A stretch of 64,000 nt of DNA from an uncultured Methanosarcinaceae archaeon (GTDB taxonomy: Archaea > Halobacteriota > Methanosarcinia > Methanosarcinales > Methanosarcinaceae). The notes below the pieces were generated by a model. The model saw only the letters and a list, made by a program, of their open reading frames with translations. It did no database searches and was not told where the DNA came from. The stretch lies in assembly GCA_963727895.1 (NCBI GenBank), contig CAVSHT010000004.1, forward strand, positions 64,001-128,000, written 5' to 3'. Positions 19,774 through 30,991 of this stretch are shown here, in pieces; the stretch's first letter is position 1; each line of letters begins with the position of its first letter. Position numbers and translations under genes: made by a program.

Positions 19774-21267
19774 TCAGGCTCGAAGTTCTTTCAGTATCTT
19801 TTTCACATTTGTATCGGTTTTCAAAACATACAAATAATAAATGCCAATAGTCATGCTGGAAAAGACAACAAGCAATGTCTGATTTATTTCCGCAATTTTC
19901 AGGGCAATCAGGACTATTCCTACAGGGACAAAAAGAATAAAATTCGAGAATACGATTTTTAGGGCTCTTGAAATCTTTACTCCGGAATAAGACATCATTT
20001 TCAGGCAAAGGTAGCCGTATACCACGATTCCTGATATTGAAAAAAGAATAAGTGCTATACGTGCGCTTCCAAACAAACCGCCGATAATAAGTGAAAGAAA
20101 ACGTGTAGCTAGGTTGAAAAAATTGTAACGAAAACCAAAATCATACTTTTCAACTACAAGATATATTCCGGTTAGTGGAGATGAGATAAACCAGACAAAA
20201 GCCCAAAGCCCAAGGATTTGGGTATAAACCCCTGCTTCTGCCCAGGCTCTTCCGAAAACCACAGTAAAAACATCACTTCCTACAATTGTCAGGACTAATA
20301 TCGGAAACATACCTATTATTACAAGCATCTTGAACACATTTTCTACAAGGGCAGAGAGAGACCCCCTAGATGAGGCTCTTGATGCCCTCTGGAAAAATAC
20401 CTGTGAAATCGAACTGCCAATTAAACTCATGGGCATCTGAAGAAGTCGAAATCCAAGGGAATAAAAGCCGACGATTGTGGGAGAAAAAAAGGCTGCAAGA
20501 AGGAAAGCTGGAAGTTGCCAGGAGATAGAATTCATAAGGGCGGAAAATGAATCTACAAGTGGGAATTTACGGTACCTTTTAAGTCCTTCATACATTTTCT
20601 TCCAATTAAGACTTTTTCTGATGAGGTTTCTATCATCTCTCCAGATCTGCCCTGCAAGTATAAATGTTGCAACAGACTGACCAGTAAAACTGCCGGTTAT
20701 TAGGCCTGTAGGGCTCTTTTTTTCAACGATTCCTACAATTATCTGTATTGTAGTAGTCGAAATAGAACTCAAGATTCTTGAAAAGGACAATCTCCTGAAA
20801 AGTTTAGTCCTTGAATTCCAGCTATTCAAGGCAAGAAATATTCCATTTACAAGAACAAATGGGGGGACAAGCCAGAGGTAATTTCCTATTTGAGGAGAAT
20901 TCAAAATATTAATTATAACCTCTTTAAAGAACCATATTATTGCTAGAGTTAAAACGGTTACGACTCCTATTGCAATAAAACTCACTCCTAAGAGATTTAT
21001 GGCATCCTCATCCAATTCAGGCAACAAGATGGAGTACTCATATCGCATGCATATTATAACACTGATAACGCTGGTAATAGAACTATATAGAGCCCATACC
21101 CCAAAATTTTCAGGCTGGTATAAGCGGGTTAACACAGGAACCGATAGAATAGTAAGAATTTGAGCAAAGGTTGTCCCACCTGTAAGTGTTAACACATCGA
21201 AAGCAAAGCTTTTCTTCTTGCTATTATCAAATCGTTTTTCTGCTACATTTACTGTCATCTCATCCAT
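19774..21267 (-). CDS. Polysaccharide/oligosaccharide flippase (Wzx/MOP family)
   Basis: About 12-14 hydrophobic segments; VLTRLYQPENFG, GFYSLGFR and FG.AWAEAG motifs. Confidence 0.88.
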   Translation of the reverse strand: MDEMTVNVAEKRFDNSKKKSFAFDVLTLTGGTTFAQILTILSVPVLTRLYQPENFGVWALYSSITSVISVIICMRYEYSILLPELDEDAINLLGVSFIAIGVVTVLTLAIIWFFKEVIINILNSPQIGNYLWLVPPFVLVNGIFLALNSWNSRTKLFRRLSFSRILSSISTTTIQIIVGIVEKKSPTGLITGSFTGQSVATFILAGQIWRDDRNLIRKSLNWKKMYEGLKRYRKFPLVDSFSALMNSISWQLPAFLLAAFFSPTIVGFYSLGFRLLQMPMSLIGSSISQVFFQRASRASSRGSLSALVENVFKMLVIIGMFPILVLTIVGSDVFTVVFGRAWAEAGVYTQILGLWAFVWFISSPLTGIYLVVEKYDFGFRYNFFNLATRFLSLIIGGLFGSARIALILFSISGIVVYGYLCLKMMSYSGVKISRALKIVFSNFILFVPVGIVLIALKIAEINQTLLVVFSSMTIGIYYLYVLKTDTNVKKILKELRA

Positions 21268-21546
21268 ATCCAGTACCTTAGATGAAGTTTCCTTTAGAAC
21301 TGAGCTTCGATTCTCATTTGATAGTTAATTAATTTATAAAGTTATATTGTTAATGGTGTTAGCAAAGTACCTATAGGCAGGAACACGGGAATTATGAGTT
21401 GGGGGTATAGGATAAGCCTGCAAACGGAATTATTTAAATGGCTTAGGTTACGGATTCGCTATAACTAGGTTGTTGTGACTTGAATTCAGGTGGATTTTTA
21501 GAAATCTCTATTTTTCGCAAATGAGAACGCCGATATCGACATCCTG

Positions 21547-21695
21547 GGTTCCTTTGCAAAAAATCTGGCTTTGTTACAAAATAAGTGTAAACCTTTACAA
21601 TTTAGAAAATTAATCAATCTCGTCTACTGGGAAAAGACACATAAAGGTAAGAATATGGTAGCAAACGGCAGAAATATTATTTTTGCAACGGAACC
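21547..21695. mobile_element. ~150-bp IS6-ended MITE (inverted copy)
   Basis: Terminal IRs; its reverse complement aligns by eye to 46732-46880. Confidence 0.8.
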
Positions 21696-22895
21696 TTTTT
21701 TATTCTATTGTATCCTTAGAAAAGATTTTTTGTAACAGAACCAAAAATGTTTATTTTTTGCAGTGGAAATATACCCACTCAAAAATAGGCCAAAATCCTG
21801 AAAAATTCCATTGGAAAAACAGTTCAGGTCATTAACACAATTAGTATTAAAAATTAAATATTTAGTAACACTTAATTAAATATGAATTCTGATTCACCTT
21901 AATTTCCTGTGGAAAGTTTGAGTTTTAAGAAGTCACAAAAAATGACAAATAGACAGGAGATTTTTCTCTAATTTTGTTCACTCGACAAAAATAAACGCTA
22001 TCGTTAAAGCGTGCCTATGTTTTTTGTTCACAAGTCATTCCAAAGACTATAGACAAGGTTTTAGAAATCGTTAGCTAGAGACTTGATATTTTGATATTGG
22101 TATTTATGCCTTCGATAAGTGTCATTCGTTAAGAGCTAAAAAAAGTAAGAAACACATAGTCAATTATGATTTACAAAACTGCCATCAAAATACCGGTAAT
22201 CAATTAATTATTTGGAATAGTTCTGTAATATTGATACATTTAAAATATTTTGCCTTTTGTTCATTCTCCATATATTTACATGCTCATTCTGAAATTTTTT
22301 GCACCAGAACCCGAATATTTTGTAAAATTGGTTTTATTGAGGACTTTAAGTATATTCAGTAAATATATGACAATTTTACTATATTGAATATATCGAAAAG
22401 ATATATAATCTTAAAATTAAATCTATATTTAGAAGGTTCTAATGACTCGATTCTAAAACTACTCGAATCCTGATATAACCACAATAAATCTTATTTTCAT
22501 CATAGCTTCTAAAAACCACTTCCTTGAAAAATCGAGTCGTGGAGCCCTCTTACAGACAGACAAGGCTGCAGGTTGTATCTTGCAGCCACAAGATCAACTT
22601 TTTGATCAAAAGTATTTGCTTTTCTTATATTATTCTGAAAATTGATATACAAGCATATACGAACATAATAGAGAAGGGTTCGTTTTTATTGATTATTCTT
22701 GTAGAATAGGATCGAAAAATCTGCAAAATTTTGTCTAAAATCCGAACGTTCTATGTCAAAAGGTCCGTATCTATAATCTCTTAAAAAATGGAGTTTTAGG
22801 GGATGCATAGGTTTTGCTTTTTACATTAAACTCTATTATTGTAAGTGCGGGATATAAAACAATTGGGATTTATAGAAGAATTGCAATACTATCTT

Positions 22896-23437
22896 TCATT
22901 TTGCTCCAGTAGTTGCTATCGTCCTATAATAATTCGAGTATTCCCGCTGCATTTCATTTATATCAGTGTTATATGCTTCCAAGTCCTCCCGTGATTTATT
23001 CATATCTTCAACAGCTTTTGAACCTTCACCACTTAACGAATCCGTTACATATTGAGTTCCATAAAATCCTGCCCAGTATGCATTATTCATTGCCTTATTA
23101 TACGCAGTTTTTGTAGGTAATAAGTCTTGTGAAACTGCTATAGCTTCGCTATGGTCCATAGCTTTTTGAGCATCTGCAGATAAAGCACTTGAATATGTTC
23201 TATAATTTTGAGTTAATTTTTCAAGATTTGCTGGAGAAATTGAACCAAAATTTACTCCAGCAGTTAATGAATTTATATCTTTGTCAACTGCAGGCTTATC
23301 GATGTTAACCGTATTGATCCATTGAGAATTCTGATTAGTCACAGTTGTCTCAGATACTGCTAAAGTAGGTGTAGTAAAAGCAACTAAACAGATTGTTAAA
23401 AAAAATAAGTTATGTATTTTGCCAATCTAGTTTTCAT
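22896..23437 (-). CDS. Probable secreted helical protein with disrupted 5' end
   Basis: The ORF 22896-23342 extends upstream in frame into a signal-like LFFLTICLVAFTTPTLA. The nearest ATG (23437) is out of frame. Confidence 0.55.
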
Positions 23438-23689
23438 ATCAAAACCCTCCGATTTTTCATAAGAACGCATTATAACATTTTAAAAATATAAATAATGCGT
23501 TAAATATAAAATATACCGTATATTATATCTAACATATAGAATCAGTATTCTTTACATGAATTCACTTTTAACATTTGGATTAAATGTTGGTTTTTTTCCA
23601 GATTCCATTGCAAAAAATCTCAGAATAAGCCTGTAAATCAATAGATAATTGATAAAAGCAGGCAGACTTCATAACTGTAACAAATACAT

Positions 23690-23870
23690 CGCTTGTTGCT
23701 TTTTTTCTGCAATTCTAACTTCAGGAACTGCACCTCCAAACGTCAGTTTTACTGACACCAATAAAGGCACACCTACTAAATGGAAATGGGACTTTGGAGA
23801 TTTAAAAACTTCAAAGGTTCAGAATCCTTCGCATGTTTATAAAAAGCAGGAAAATACACTGTTAGCTTAA
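23690..23870 (+). pseudogene. PKD-domain fragment
   Basis: FSA..TSGTAP.NVSFTD..KGTPTKWKWDFGD....QNPSHVY, flanked by IS remnants. Confidence 0.75.
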
Positions 23871-23931
23871 TAGAAAAGTCTTGAAATGTTAAAGTACTCG
23901 GTTCTTCTATTGATGAAATACAAAAATAAAG

Positions 23932-24160
23932 GGCATTGGTAAGTAAACATTGTTATTTATTATGAGAACCTATATTTCTGCATGAATTGCCTAAGAAACA
24001 TATACGTTTGAAGGTTATAACAGCATATTGAGGCATTTTCTGGCAAGATTGAGACGAAAAACAAAGTATTATGCGAAGAGTCTTGAAATGCTAAAATACT
24101 CGGTTCTTCTATTAATGAAATACATAAATAAAGAATTAGGTATATTTAATTAACAATACC
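23932..24160 (+). mobile_element. Internally deleted mini-IS1 (~229 bp)
   Basis: Both IS1 termini present; the insA start (ATGAATTGCC) is joined directly to the insB 3' end. Confidence 0.8.
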
Positions 24161-24352
24161 TAATTTTTTTTGCAACGGAACCATATAATTTGCTGGGATA
24201 TGGGCAAGAACAAAAAAGCAAACCCAAACAATCATTATCAAACCAAGAAAATAATAAAAAGTTCAAAATAAAAAATGAATTAAAACTAAAAAATAATTAA
24301 ATGTTAATATTTACTCAAAAACCATAAAACAATCTAAAATCATAAGACAGTC

Positions 24353-24658
24353 TTAGACTTTCTTAATCACAGTGACCTTGGTAGCAGTAGCATTTTTGCC
24401 TGCTACTGTGGTCTTAGTTGCAGTAGCATTTTTGCCTGCTACTGTGATCTTAGTTGCAGTAGCATTTTTGCCTGCTACTGTGGTCTTAGTTGCAGTAGCA
24501 TTTTTGCCTGCTACTGTAGTCTTAGTTGCACTTTTGATTCCTGAATTACTTTTTTCCGTCTTCGCGTTTATCGTTGCAGCTGTTACTGATAGCACAAATA
24601 AGACTACTAACAAAATAGCTAGTGTCTTTTTTATTCTACCAAGTGTTTGTTTTCCCAT
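24353..24658 (-). CDS. Small secreted Thr/Ala-rich tandem-repeat protein
   Basis: Signal peptide followed by four TK(T/I)TVAGKNATA units (36-bp repeats). Confidence 0.75.
   Translation of the reverse strand: MGKQTLGRIKKTLAILLVVLFVLSVTAATINAKTEKSNSGIKSATKTTVAGKNATATKTTVAGKNATATKITVAGKNATATKTTVAGKNATATKVTVIKKV
24375..24530. repeat. 36-bp tandem repeat, about 4.3 copies
   Basis: TAGTTGCAGTAGCATTTTTGCCTGCTACTGT(G/A)(G/A)TCT, no spacers. Confidence 0.9.
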
Positions 24659-25005
24659 CTGTTTTCACTCCCATTATTGTTTACAATGATACAATTTTAA
24701 TCAGTTTTTCAATTTGATGACTCAATTTAAGGACATACGGTTAGTCTGAGATATTTCTGATGTGAAATTTCACCACATAAAATACCAAGTTCATAATGTT
24801 TAATTTTGGATTCTTCAAGATGTAAGTCCTTAAATTGTCAATAAATTCTATTTTCATCGCATATTTAATGAAAACTGATTAAAAATTATATTATTAGGTT
24901 ATTATCATCTAAATGATATAATATAATAAGAATTATATATCAGAATATTATATTAATTAAAAAATTGAGCTATTTGTAAAAAGCCAGATTTTTTGCAACA
25001 GAACC

Positions 25006-25279
25006 AGATCATAGATCTATAAAGCGAATTGTTAATCCAATGTTAGGATTTCAGTCTTTTCAATCTGCTAATAAAACTTTAAAAGGAATTGAAGCGATGA
25101 ATATGATTAAAAAAGGACAAATCAAAAACCTAAATTACTCTGGCTTTAATGAAGCTAAATATGTTAATCAATTATTTGGAATAGTTCTATAATATTGATA
25201 TATTTCCTAGAATATTTTAACTTTTGTTTATTATTCATAGATTTACAGGCTTATTCTAAGATTTTTTTGCAATGGAACA
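25006..25279 (+). pseudogene. IS6 transposase 3' fragment with right end
   Basis: DHRSIKRIVNPMLGFQ...QLFGIVL followed by the IR. Confidence 0.85.
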
Positions 25280-25692
25280 GAATTTTTACACCTTTTTTGA
25301 GCTTATAGATGAAATTAAACGTTTTATAAACCTTTTTTAAAGAAAGCCGTTATAAAGCTTTATTCTAATAAGTATCTTTATAAATAAAAAGATAAAGTTT
25401 GATTGTCAATTGGTTGAGAGCTACAAAAACAATGTTTTTGGGGTATAGTTTTGTCCAAACTTATGGCGGTAAAAAATCTAGTTAAAGGTTTTGATAAAAC
25501 TCAAAAAGAACAGCAGGATTCTAAATCCTGAGTGATAAATTTAGTTTCCAATTATGAAAATGGTACTGAAACTTTGATTGATGTCAACGTAAAAGTTGGT
25601 TGTAGGATAGGCTTGAAATGAATCAATAACTCATAATTTTTATAAAAATATTTTTTAGAAGTCATGTGGTGAATCATAACAAGGAGAATATC

Positions 25693-26538
25693 ATGATAAA
25701 CATTCAATCCAATAAATTCGATACAAGCAAAATCGTTCGCAAGGTCCCGGAAATAACGCTTATGTTCTGGATCATCAAGATATTTGCCACCACACTTGGT
25801 GAGACTGGCGGGGACGCCGTTACCATGTCTATGAATTTTGGCTATCTTGCTGGCACAATGATCTTTTCTGTGGTCTTTGTCATTCTGGTTATCACACAGA
25901 TCCGCAAAAAAAAGCTCAACTCGTACATATATTGGATGACCATCGTTGCCACAACAACATTAGGCACGACATTGGCTGATTTTTGTACTCGGTCTTTGGG
26001 GATCGGATATGCGGGAGGATCCTCCCTGCTTTTGGTGCTTCTCATGGGATCACTATTCATTTGGAAGCGCGCCATGGGATCTGTTTCTGTAGATACCGTT
26101 AACTCTCCAAAAACGGAGATGTTCTTTTGGGGAACAATCATGTTCTCTCAAACCTTAGGCACAGCCCTTGGCGATTGGACTGCTGATACGATGGGCTTAG
26201 GTTATTCCGGCGCTGCTATAGTATTTGGTATTCTGTTATTATTTGTTGCGATGGCATACTTCTGGACCAAAATATCCTCCACTATCCTTTTCTGGGCAGC
26301 GTTCATTCTTACGCGACCGCTTGGGGCAGTAGTGGGTGATTTTCTAGATAAACCGATCAGTTCTGGTGGATTGGCGTTAAGCCGCTATTCAGCATCAGCA
26401 GTATTGCTCATTTGTATTGTGGCTTTAATTTTTTTATCTGAACAAAGAGCTAAACACGCTGTTTCACGTAACTATTCAGCCTATCAAAGCATGTCTATAG
26501 ATATTGATTCTGATGGCAACAAGGAATCCAATAAATAA
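25693..26538 (+). CDS. DUF347/COG4705-type multi-pass membrane protein
   Basis: KVPEITLMFWIIKI.ATTLGETGGD, TLGTALGD and LTRPLGA..GD repeats. Confidence 0.85.
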   Translation: MINIQSNKFDTSKIVRKVPEITLMFWIIKIFATTLGETGGDAVTMSMNFGYLAGTMIFSVVFVILVITQIRKKKLNSYIYWMTIVATTTLGTTLADFCTRSLGIGYAGGSSLLLVLLMGSLFIWKRAMGSVSVDTVNSPKTEMFFWGTIMFSQTLGTALGDWTADTMGLGYSGAAIVFGILLLFVAMAYFWTKISSTILFWAAFILTRPLGAVVGDFLDKPISSGGLALSRYSASAVLLICIVALIFLSEQRAKHAVSRNYSAYQSMSIDIDSDGNKESNK

Positions 26539-26784
26539 CTTATGAACAATGAAAAAACGCAGTTAATTGCCAATAAGCAAAGAAAACCAATTTATAGAAA
26601 TTTGTCTGTTGAATCGTAACTATTCAGCCTATGCAAAATCGATCTATTGATAGTGATTTCAGCGTAACTGATATGTGCAAGGGGGTTCCGTTGCAAAAAT
26701 AATTTTTCTGTACTTTGAGGTTATAATTGGTACCTTTATGTACTATTTTTCGGGGTTATTTTCAATCTGCTAATAAGACTTTAA

Positions 26785-27924
26785 TAGTACTTACGCACTT
26801 GAACCGCCGAAAACCTCATGTCATTTAAAATATAATTATATTAGATAAATTCCCCCAAAACGTAGGGAGTTCTGGACATAAATCCGCCCAAGTGTACCGA
26901 CATTAACTACATTGATTTTTTCATTGCAGCTTCTAACGTTTTTAGTTGCACTGAAGCTGCTAGATGTTATCCAAACGTAGCTAATGCTCCTTGTCATGAC
27001 GCTTTCACTCGTTGCGTTCAAAAGCAACCTCTAGACACAGAAGCATTATGGGATGAAGTAAAAAATCATGTCAAGCTTGAGGAAGGTTTTCTAATTGTTG
27101 ATGATTCAACATTAGATAAACCATACGCAAAAGAAATAGCTTTTGTTCGTCGTATGTGGAGTGGAAAACATCATCGTACTGTAAATGGGATAGGGCTGAT
27201 CACCTTAGTCTGGACAGACGGTACAACCATCATACCTATCGATTTTCGAATTTATAACATCGATGAAGACGACAAAACAAAGAATGATCATTTCCTTGAT
27301 ATGCTTGACAAAGCCGAAGAACGTGGTTTTAATCCAGAATTTGTTCTGTTTGATACATGGTATGCAAGTGTAAAAAAACCTTAAAGCAATAAGGAAAAAA
27401 GAATGGCACTTCCTTACAAGGTTAAAGAATAATCGTTTGGTAAATCCTGACAACAAGGGAAATGTTTCACTTGAAACAATAGACATTCCTCCAAAAGGAC
27501 GTGTGGTTCACCTCAAAGCATATGGATTTGTAAAGGTGTTTAGGATAGTTTCAAAAGATGGAGACATGCAACACTGGGTTACAGATGTGCAGAATATGGA
27601 TGAATCAAAACGTGAAGATTTGGCAAAGAAGTCATGGAAAATTGAGGAATATCATAGAGGAATAAAGCAATTCTGTGGTATCGAAAAATGTCAGGCAATA
27701 AAGGAAGAGTCACAAAGAGCACATATAATGTTCTCATTAAGAGCTTTCCTCAGACTGGAATTACAAAGAGTCAAAAGTGGAATATCCTGGTTTGAAAGTG
27801 CTATGAAAATTAGAAAAGTGGCAGTGACAGAATATTTTAATAACCCCCTATACACATTAAATTAATTTGCATATTTGTCAAGTTGCCAAAAACGATGTGT
27901 TAAGAGCCAACTGCGTAACTCCTA
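26785..27924 (+). mobile_element. IS701-family element, transposase pseudogene (~26878-27865)
   Basis: Termini TAG(T/G)A(C/G)TTACGCA(C/G)TTG; motifs LIVDDSTLDKPY, WSGKHH, FDTWYAS and WKIEEYHRGIKQ. Start codon lost, with frameshifts. Confidence 0.85.
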
Positions 27925-27939
27925 TCATATTCGTTTTGG

Positions 27940-28092
27940 TTCCGGTAATTGAGTTTATGCAGATCTCCTAAAGTCTAGTCAACATTTTGGTCAATATGTT
28001 GCGTTTTTCTTGAAATTTTCAGTAAAATCTCGGGTTTTGAAGCAAATATTCACTTAAAAAGCAACATTTTTATGTTATTGTTGCTTTATTAG
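27940..28092 (+). repeat. ~150-bp repeat also at ~14403-14552
   Basis: AGATCTCCTAAAG(C/T)CTAGTCAACATTTT...TATGTTATTGTTGCTTTATTA shared. Confidence 0.8.
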
Positions 28093-28360
28093 ACATTACC
28101 AGAGCCTATCTTTTACAGATTACGAAATGAGGGACATCGAAAATAGGCTCATATAATGGGGAATTCGTAGAAGGGGACTTTGAGAGAATATTGCCCGATA
28201 ACAATAACTATTGGAGGCTACGCCAATATATTACAATAGAAACATACCTTTTGAGCTTACTACTAGAAATTTAGGATTAATGTAAGTGTCCAAAAATTAG
28301 TGTTTGATGATGTCGGTTTTAAGTTCAGAAAAGTAACACTAAAAGAAAAGTAACACTAAA

Positions 28361-28478
28361 TAGAACTTACGCACTTGAATTCCAAAATCAAAAACAATTG
28401 ACGTTGTGACTAATTCGACATTTTAAACAGTTACGGGTTTAATGCTATTGGTTTCTCAACCCAACTGCATAAGTCCTA
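28361..28478. mobile_element. 118-bp MITE with IS701-type ends
   Basis: TAGAACTTACGCACTTG...CAACTGCATAAGTCCTA; homologue at 50311-50428. Confidence 0.8.
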
Positions 28479-28490
28479 ATTAAAATAACT

Positions 28491-29224
28491 GGCTTTGATA
28501 CTTAACTATAATTATTTATTATGAGAACCTCTATTTTTTCATGAACTGCCCCAGATGCAATAGTTCTAATCACAATAAGAATGGTATAGTTGGCGGGCGT
28601 CAACGGTACAAATGCCATGATTGTGGCTATAACTATACAGTAGAGTTAAAATCAACTGTTTTTTCTGCTTCTGTAAAAAGACAGGCTTTACAACTCTATC
28701 TTGAAGGATTGGGCTTTCGCTCAATAGGACGATTTTTAGGGGTAAGTCATGTTTCTGTCCAAAAATGGATAAAGAAATTTGGTCAAGAGTGAGAGAACCT
28801 AAAAAGTGAAAGTGAGATATCTATTGTTGAAATGGATGAGATGCACAATCGGTAACAAAAAAATATTGCTGGATCTGGATTGCTGTTGATATAGCTGGGA
28901 AAAAGTTCATCAACTGCTCTTTTGGTAACAGAGGAACAGAAACTGGAAAACTACTCTGGGAAAAATTGAAGAAAAAATAGATTGGAGAAGTGATGACAGA
29001 TCACTGGAGAGCATATGCAGAGTTTCTTCCAGAAAAGATTCATACTCAATCAAAAGCAGAAACATTTACAGTTGAAGGATATAACAGCATATTGAGGCAT
29101 TTTCTAGCAAGATTAAGAAGAAAGACAAAGTGTTATACGAAGAGTCTTGAAATGCTAAAGTACTCGGTTCTTCTATTAATGAAATACAGAAATAAATAAC
29201 TAGATATATTTAGTTAACAACACC
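28491..29224 (+). mobile_element. IS1-family element, degenerate
   Basis: insA 28541-28792 with a premature TGA, insB fragments, and both termini. Confidence 0.9.
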
Positions 29225-30166
29225 ATATTTCTTTCTTCAAGGATTCAATTTCATTATTGAGATGAGTTATAAGTTTTAGACAGATTTGAAGCCTAAAGAT
29301 AGCACTTTGAGAGATTTCCTTGTTTAGAATCTCTCTAATTTGAGAACTTTTTTTGCGAACATTTGGAGAAAGGCTTTCTATGATTTCATCAATAGCCTTA
29401 CCTGATGTAATTCCAGATAAAATTGCTCTACCATTCTTTCCAAAAATGTCTGTAAGTGTATCCTTTAAATTAAACATTTCAGGAGCAAGAACAGCATGAG
29501 CTTCATTTTTAATATCTGTTCTTTTTTGTACAAGCTCATGACGAAGTCGAACGTATGAACGAAATTCTCTATATTCTTTGGAAAAACTCTTGATGGTTGA
29601 ATCATATTATTCAATGCAAGTTGTGCAATGAATTTTGAGTCTACCTTATCGGTTTTTTTGTGTGTAAAGGCTTTCATATCTCGAGCATTTTCAACTATGA
29701 CAGATAAGTGCTTTATCAAGGAATCATAAATAGGAATCCAAAAATCACTGGTAGATTTACATGCAACAACATTATATTTCTCTGACATAACCAAATTTTT
29801 AAGAGCCAAAATTCCATCTTCATTTTTCTGGAAACGTAACTGCTTTTTTCCCCGGATCTACTCAGGATAGTAGCAATCAAAAAATGCTTATGGATATCAA
29901 GACCACAAGATTTGTTTACAATATCTACCAATTAAAATCACCAAAGTTATTTGGGCAGTGAAATGATCTCAAAGGCAATTTGACATCCGTGATCAAGGTC
30001 ACATTTGAGCCTTCGGCAGCATTTAGTGGTTAGTTTCAGTACGGTTTTGAAAAACCAAAATAAAGACAACCTTACTGCCCAACATTATAAGGGTTTAATA
30101 GTCAAAAAAGAGAAAGGAAAGTACTTTCATGTATTTGTGCCTGTTATTCGAAGAATTTCATGTGTG
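29225..30166 (-). mobile_element. IS110-family element (copy A), transposase frameshifted and 3' end removed by IS1
   Basis: CGLDIHK, AC(K)STS and KKTDKVDS DEDD-type motifs. The ~235-bp non-coding left end is homologous to 58621-58856. Confidence 0.88.
29951..30082 (-). ncRNA. Candidate IS110 bridge/seek RNA (copy A)
   Basis: Closed by a TTGGGCAGT/ACTGCCCAA stem, with internal hairpins and a TATA-like ACTATTAAA upstream. Conserved with copy B. Confidence 0.6.
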
Positions 30167-30259
30167 TTTTAGTGAGACAAGAACGATTTAAATACTAATA
30201 TAAGAGTACGAAAAAAGCAACATAAACTATTTATAAAAGGTAAAATGTTACAACATAAC

Positions 30260-30273
30260 TGACTAATCAGTCA
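30260..30273. promoter_or_regulatory. TetR operator-like palindrome TGACTAATCAGTCA
   Basis: Lies between TATA (TTTATAAA ~30230) and the tetR start; recurs seven more times in the cluster. Confidence 0.7.
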
Positions 30274-30290
30274 ATTACAGAGAATTATAT

Positions 30291-30869
30291 ATGAAAGAAC
30301 AGGTCAAAGACAAAAGAACAGCCATTCTAAAAGCAGCCCTGAAGCTTTTCACTGAAAGGGGCTTCCACGGTACGTCCACTGCCCAGATTTCGAAAGAAGC
30401 AGGTGTAGCCACAGGCTCTCTTTTCAATTACTTTCCTACAAAAGAAGATCTTATCAACAGCCTGTATTTTGAGGTAAAGGGAGACTTAAGCCACGCTATG
30501 GGGAAAGATATTGAAGTTGAAAATATCTTCAAGGATGAGTTAAGAAAAATATGGTTAAATTTAATCAGGTGGGGAATTAACAATCAGGAGGAATTCCTTT
30601 TTGTCGGTCAGTTCTGTTCATCCCCTTATATAACAAATTTTACTCGCGAAGAAGTAATGAAAGAATATATTTTCCTCCATAAGCTTGTGGATGAAGGGAT
30701 AGAAACAGGAGAGATCAGAGATTTTTCTGCGGAACTGATAATTGCAATGTTTTATCAGGGTAGTAGGACGATAGTGAACTTTATCCTTGATTCAGGTCCA
30801 TCACAGGATGAAAATAAGGTTTTGGAGGATGGATTCCAGATTATTTGGAGAGGTCTAGCCAAAAATTAA
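30291..30869 (+). CDS. TetR/AcrR family transcriptional regulator
   Basis: ILKAALKLF.ERGFHGTS...IS.EAGVATGSLFNYF.TKEDL HTH. Confidence 0.95.
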   Translation: MKEQVKDKRTAILKAALKLFTERGFHGTSTAQISKEAGVATGSLFNYFPTKEDLINSLYFEVKGDLSHAMGKDIEVENIFKDELRKIWLNLIRWGINNQEEFLFVGQFCSSPYITNFTREEVMKEYIFLHKLVDEGIETGEIRDFSAELIIAMFYQGSRTIVNFILDSGPSQDENKVLEDGFQIIWRGLAKN

Positions 30870-30949
30870 TTTTTTTTCACTTTCTTTTTGAGTGATCAGT
30901 CAATCATTAATCCTACAAATAGTTATATAATATCAAGTTACGCACTGAT

Positions 30950-30963
30950 TGATTAATCAGTCA
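30950..30963. promoter_or_regulatory. TetR operator-like site upstream of ADH (second site at 30889-30902)
   Basis: TGATTAATCAGTCA ~27 bp after TTATATAA; TGAGTGATCAGTCA upstream. Confidence 0.65.
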
Positions 30964-30991
30964 ATATGCGATTTACGATTGAGGATTTGAT

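Noticed and set aside
24375..24530. 36-bp repeats as a CRISPR array
   Set aside because: Head-to-tail with no spacers, in frame within a secreted protein, and no cas genes.
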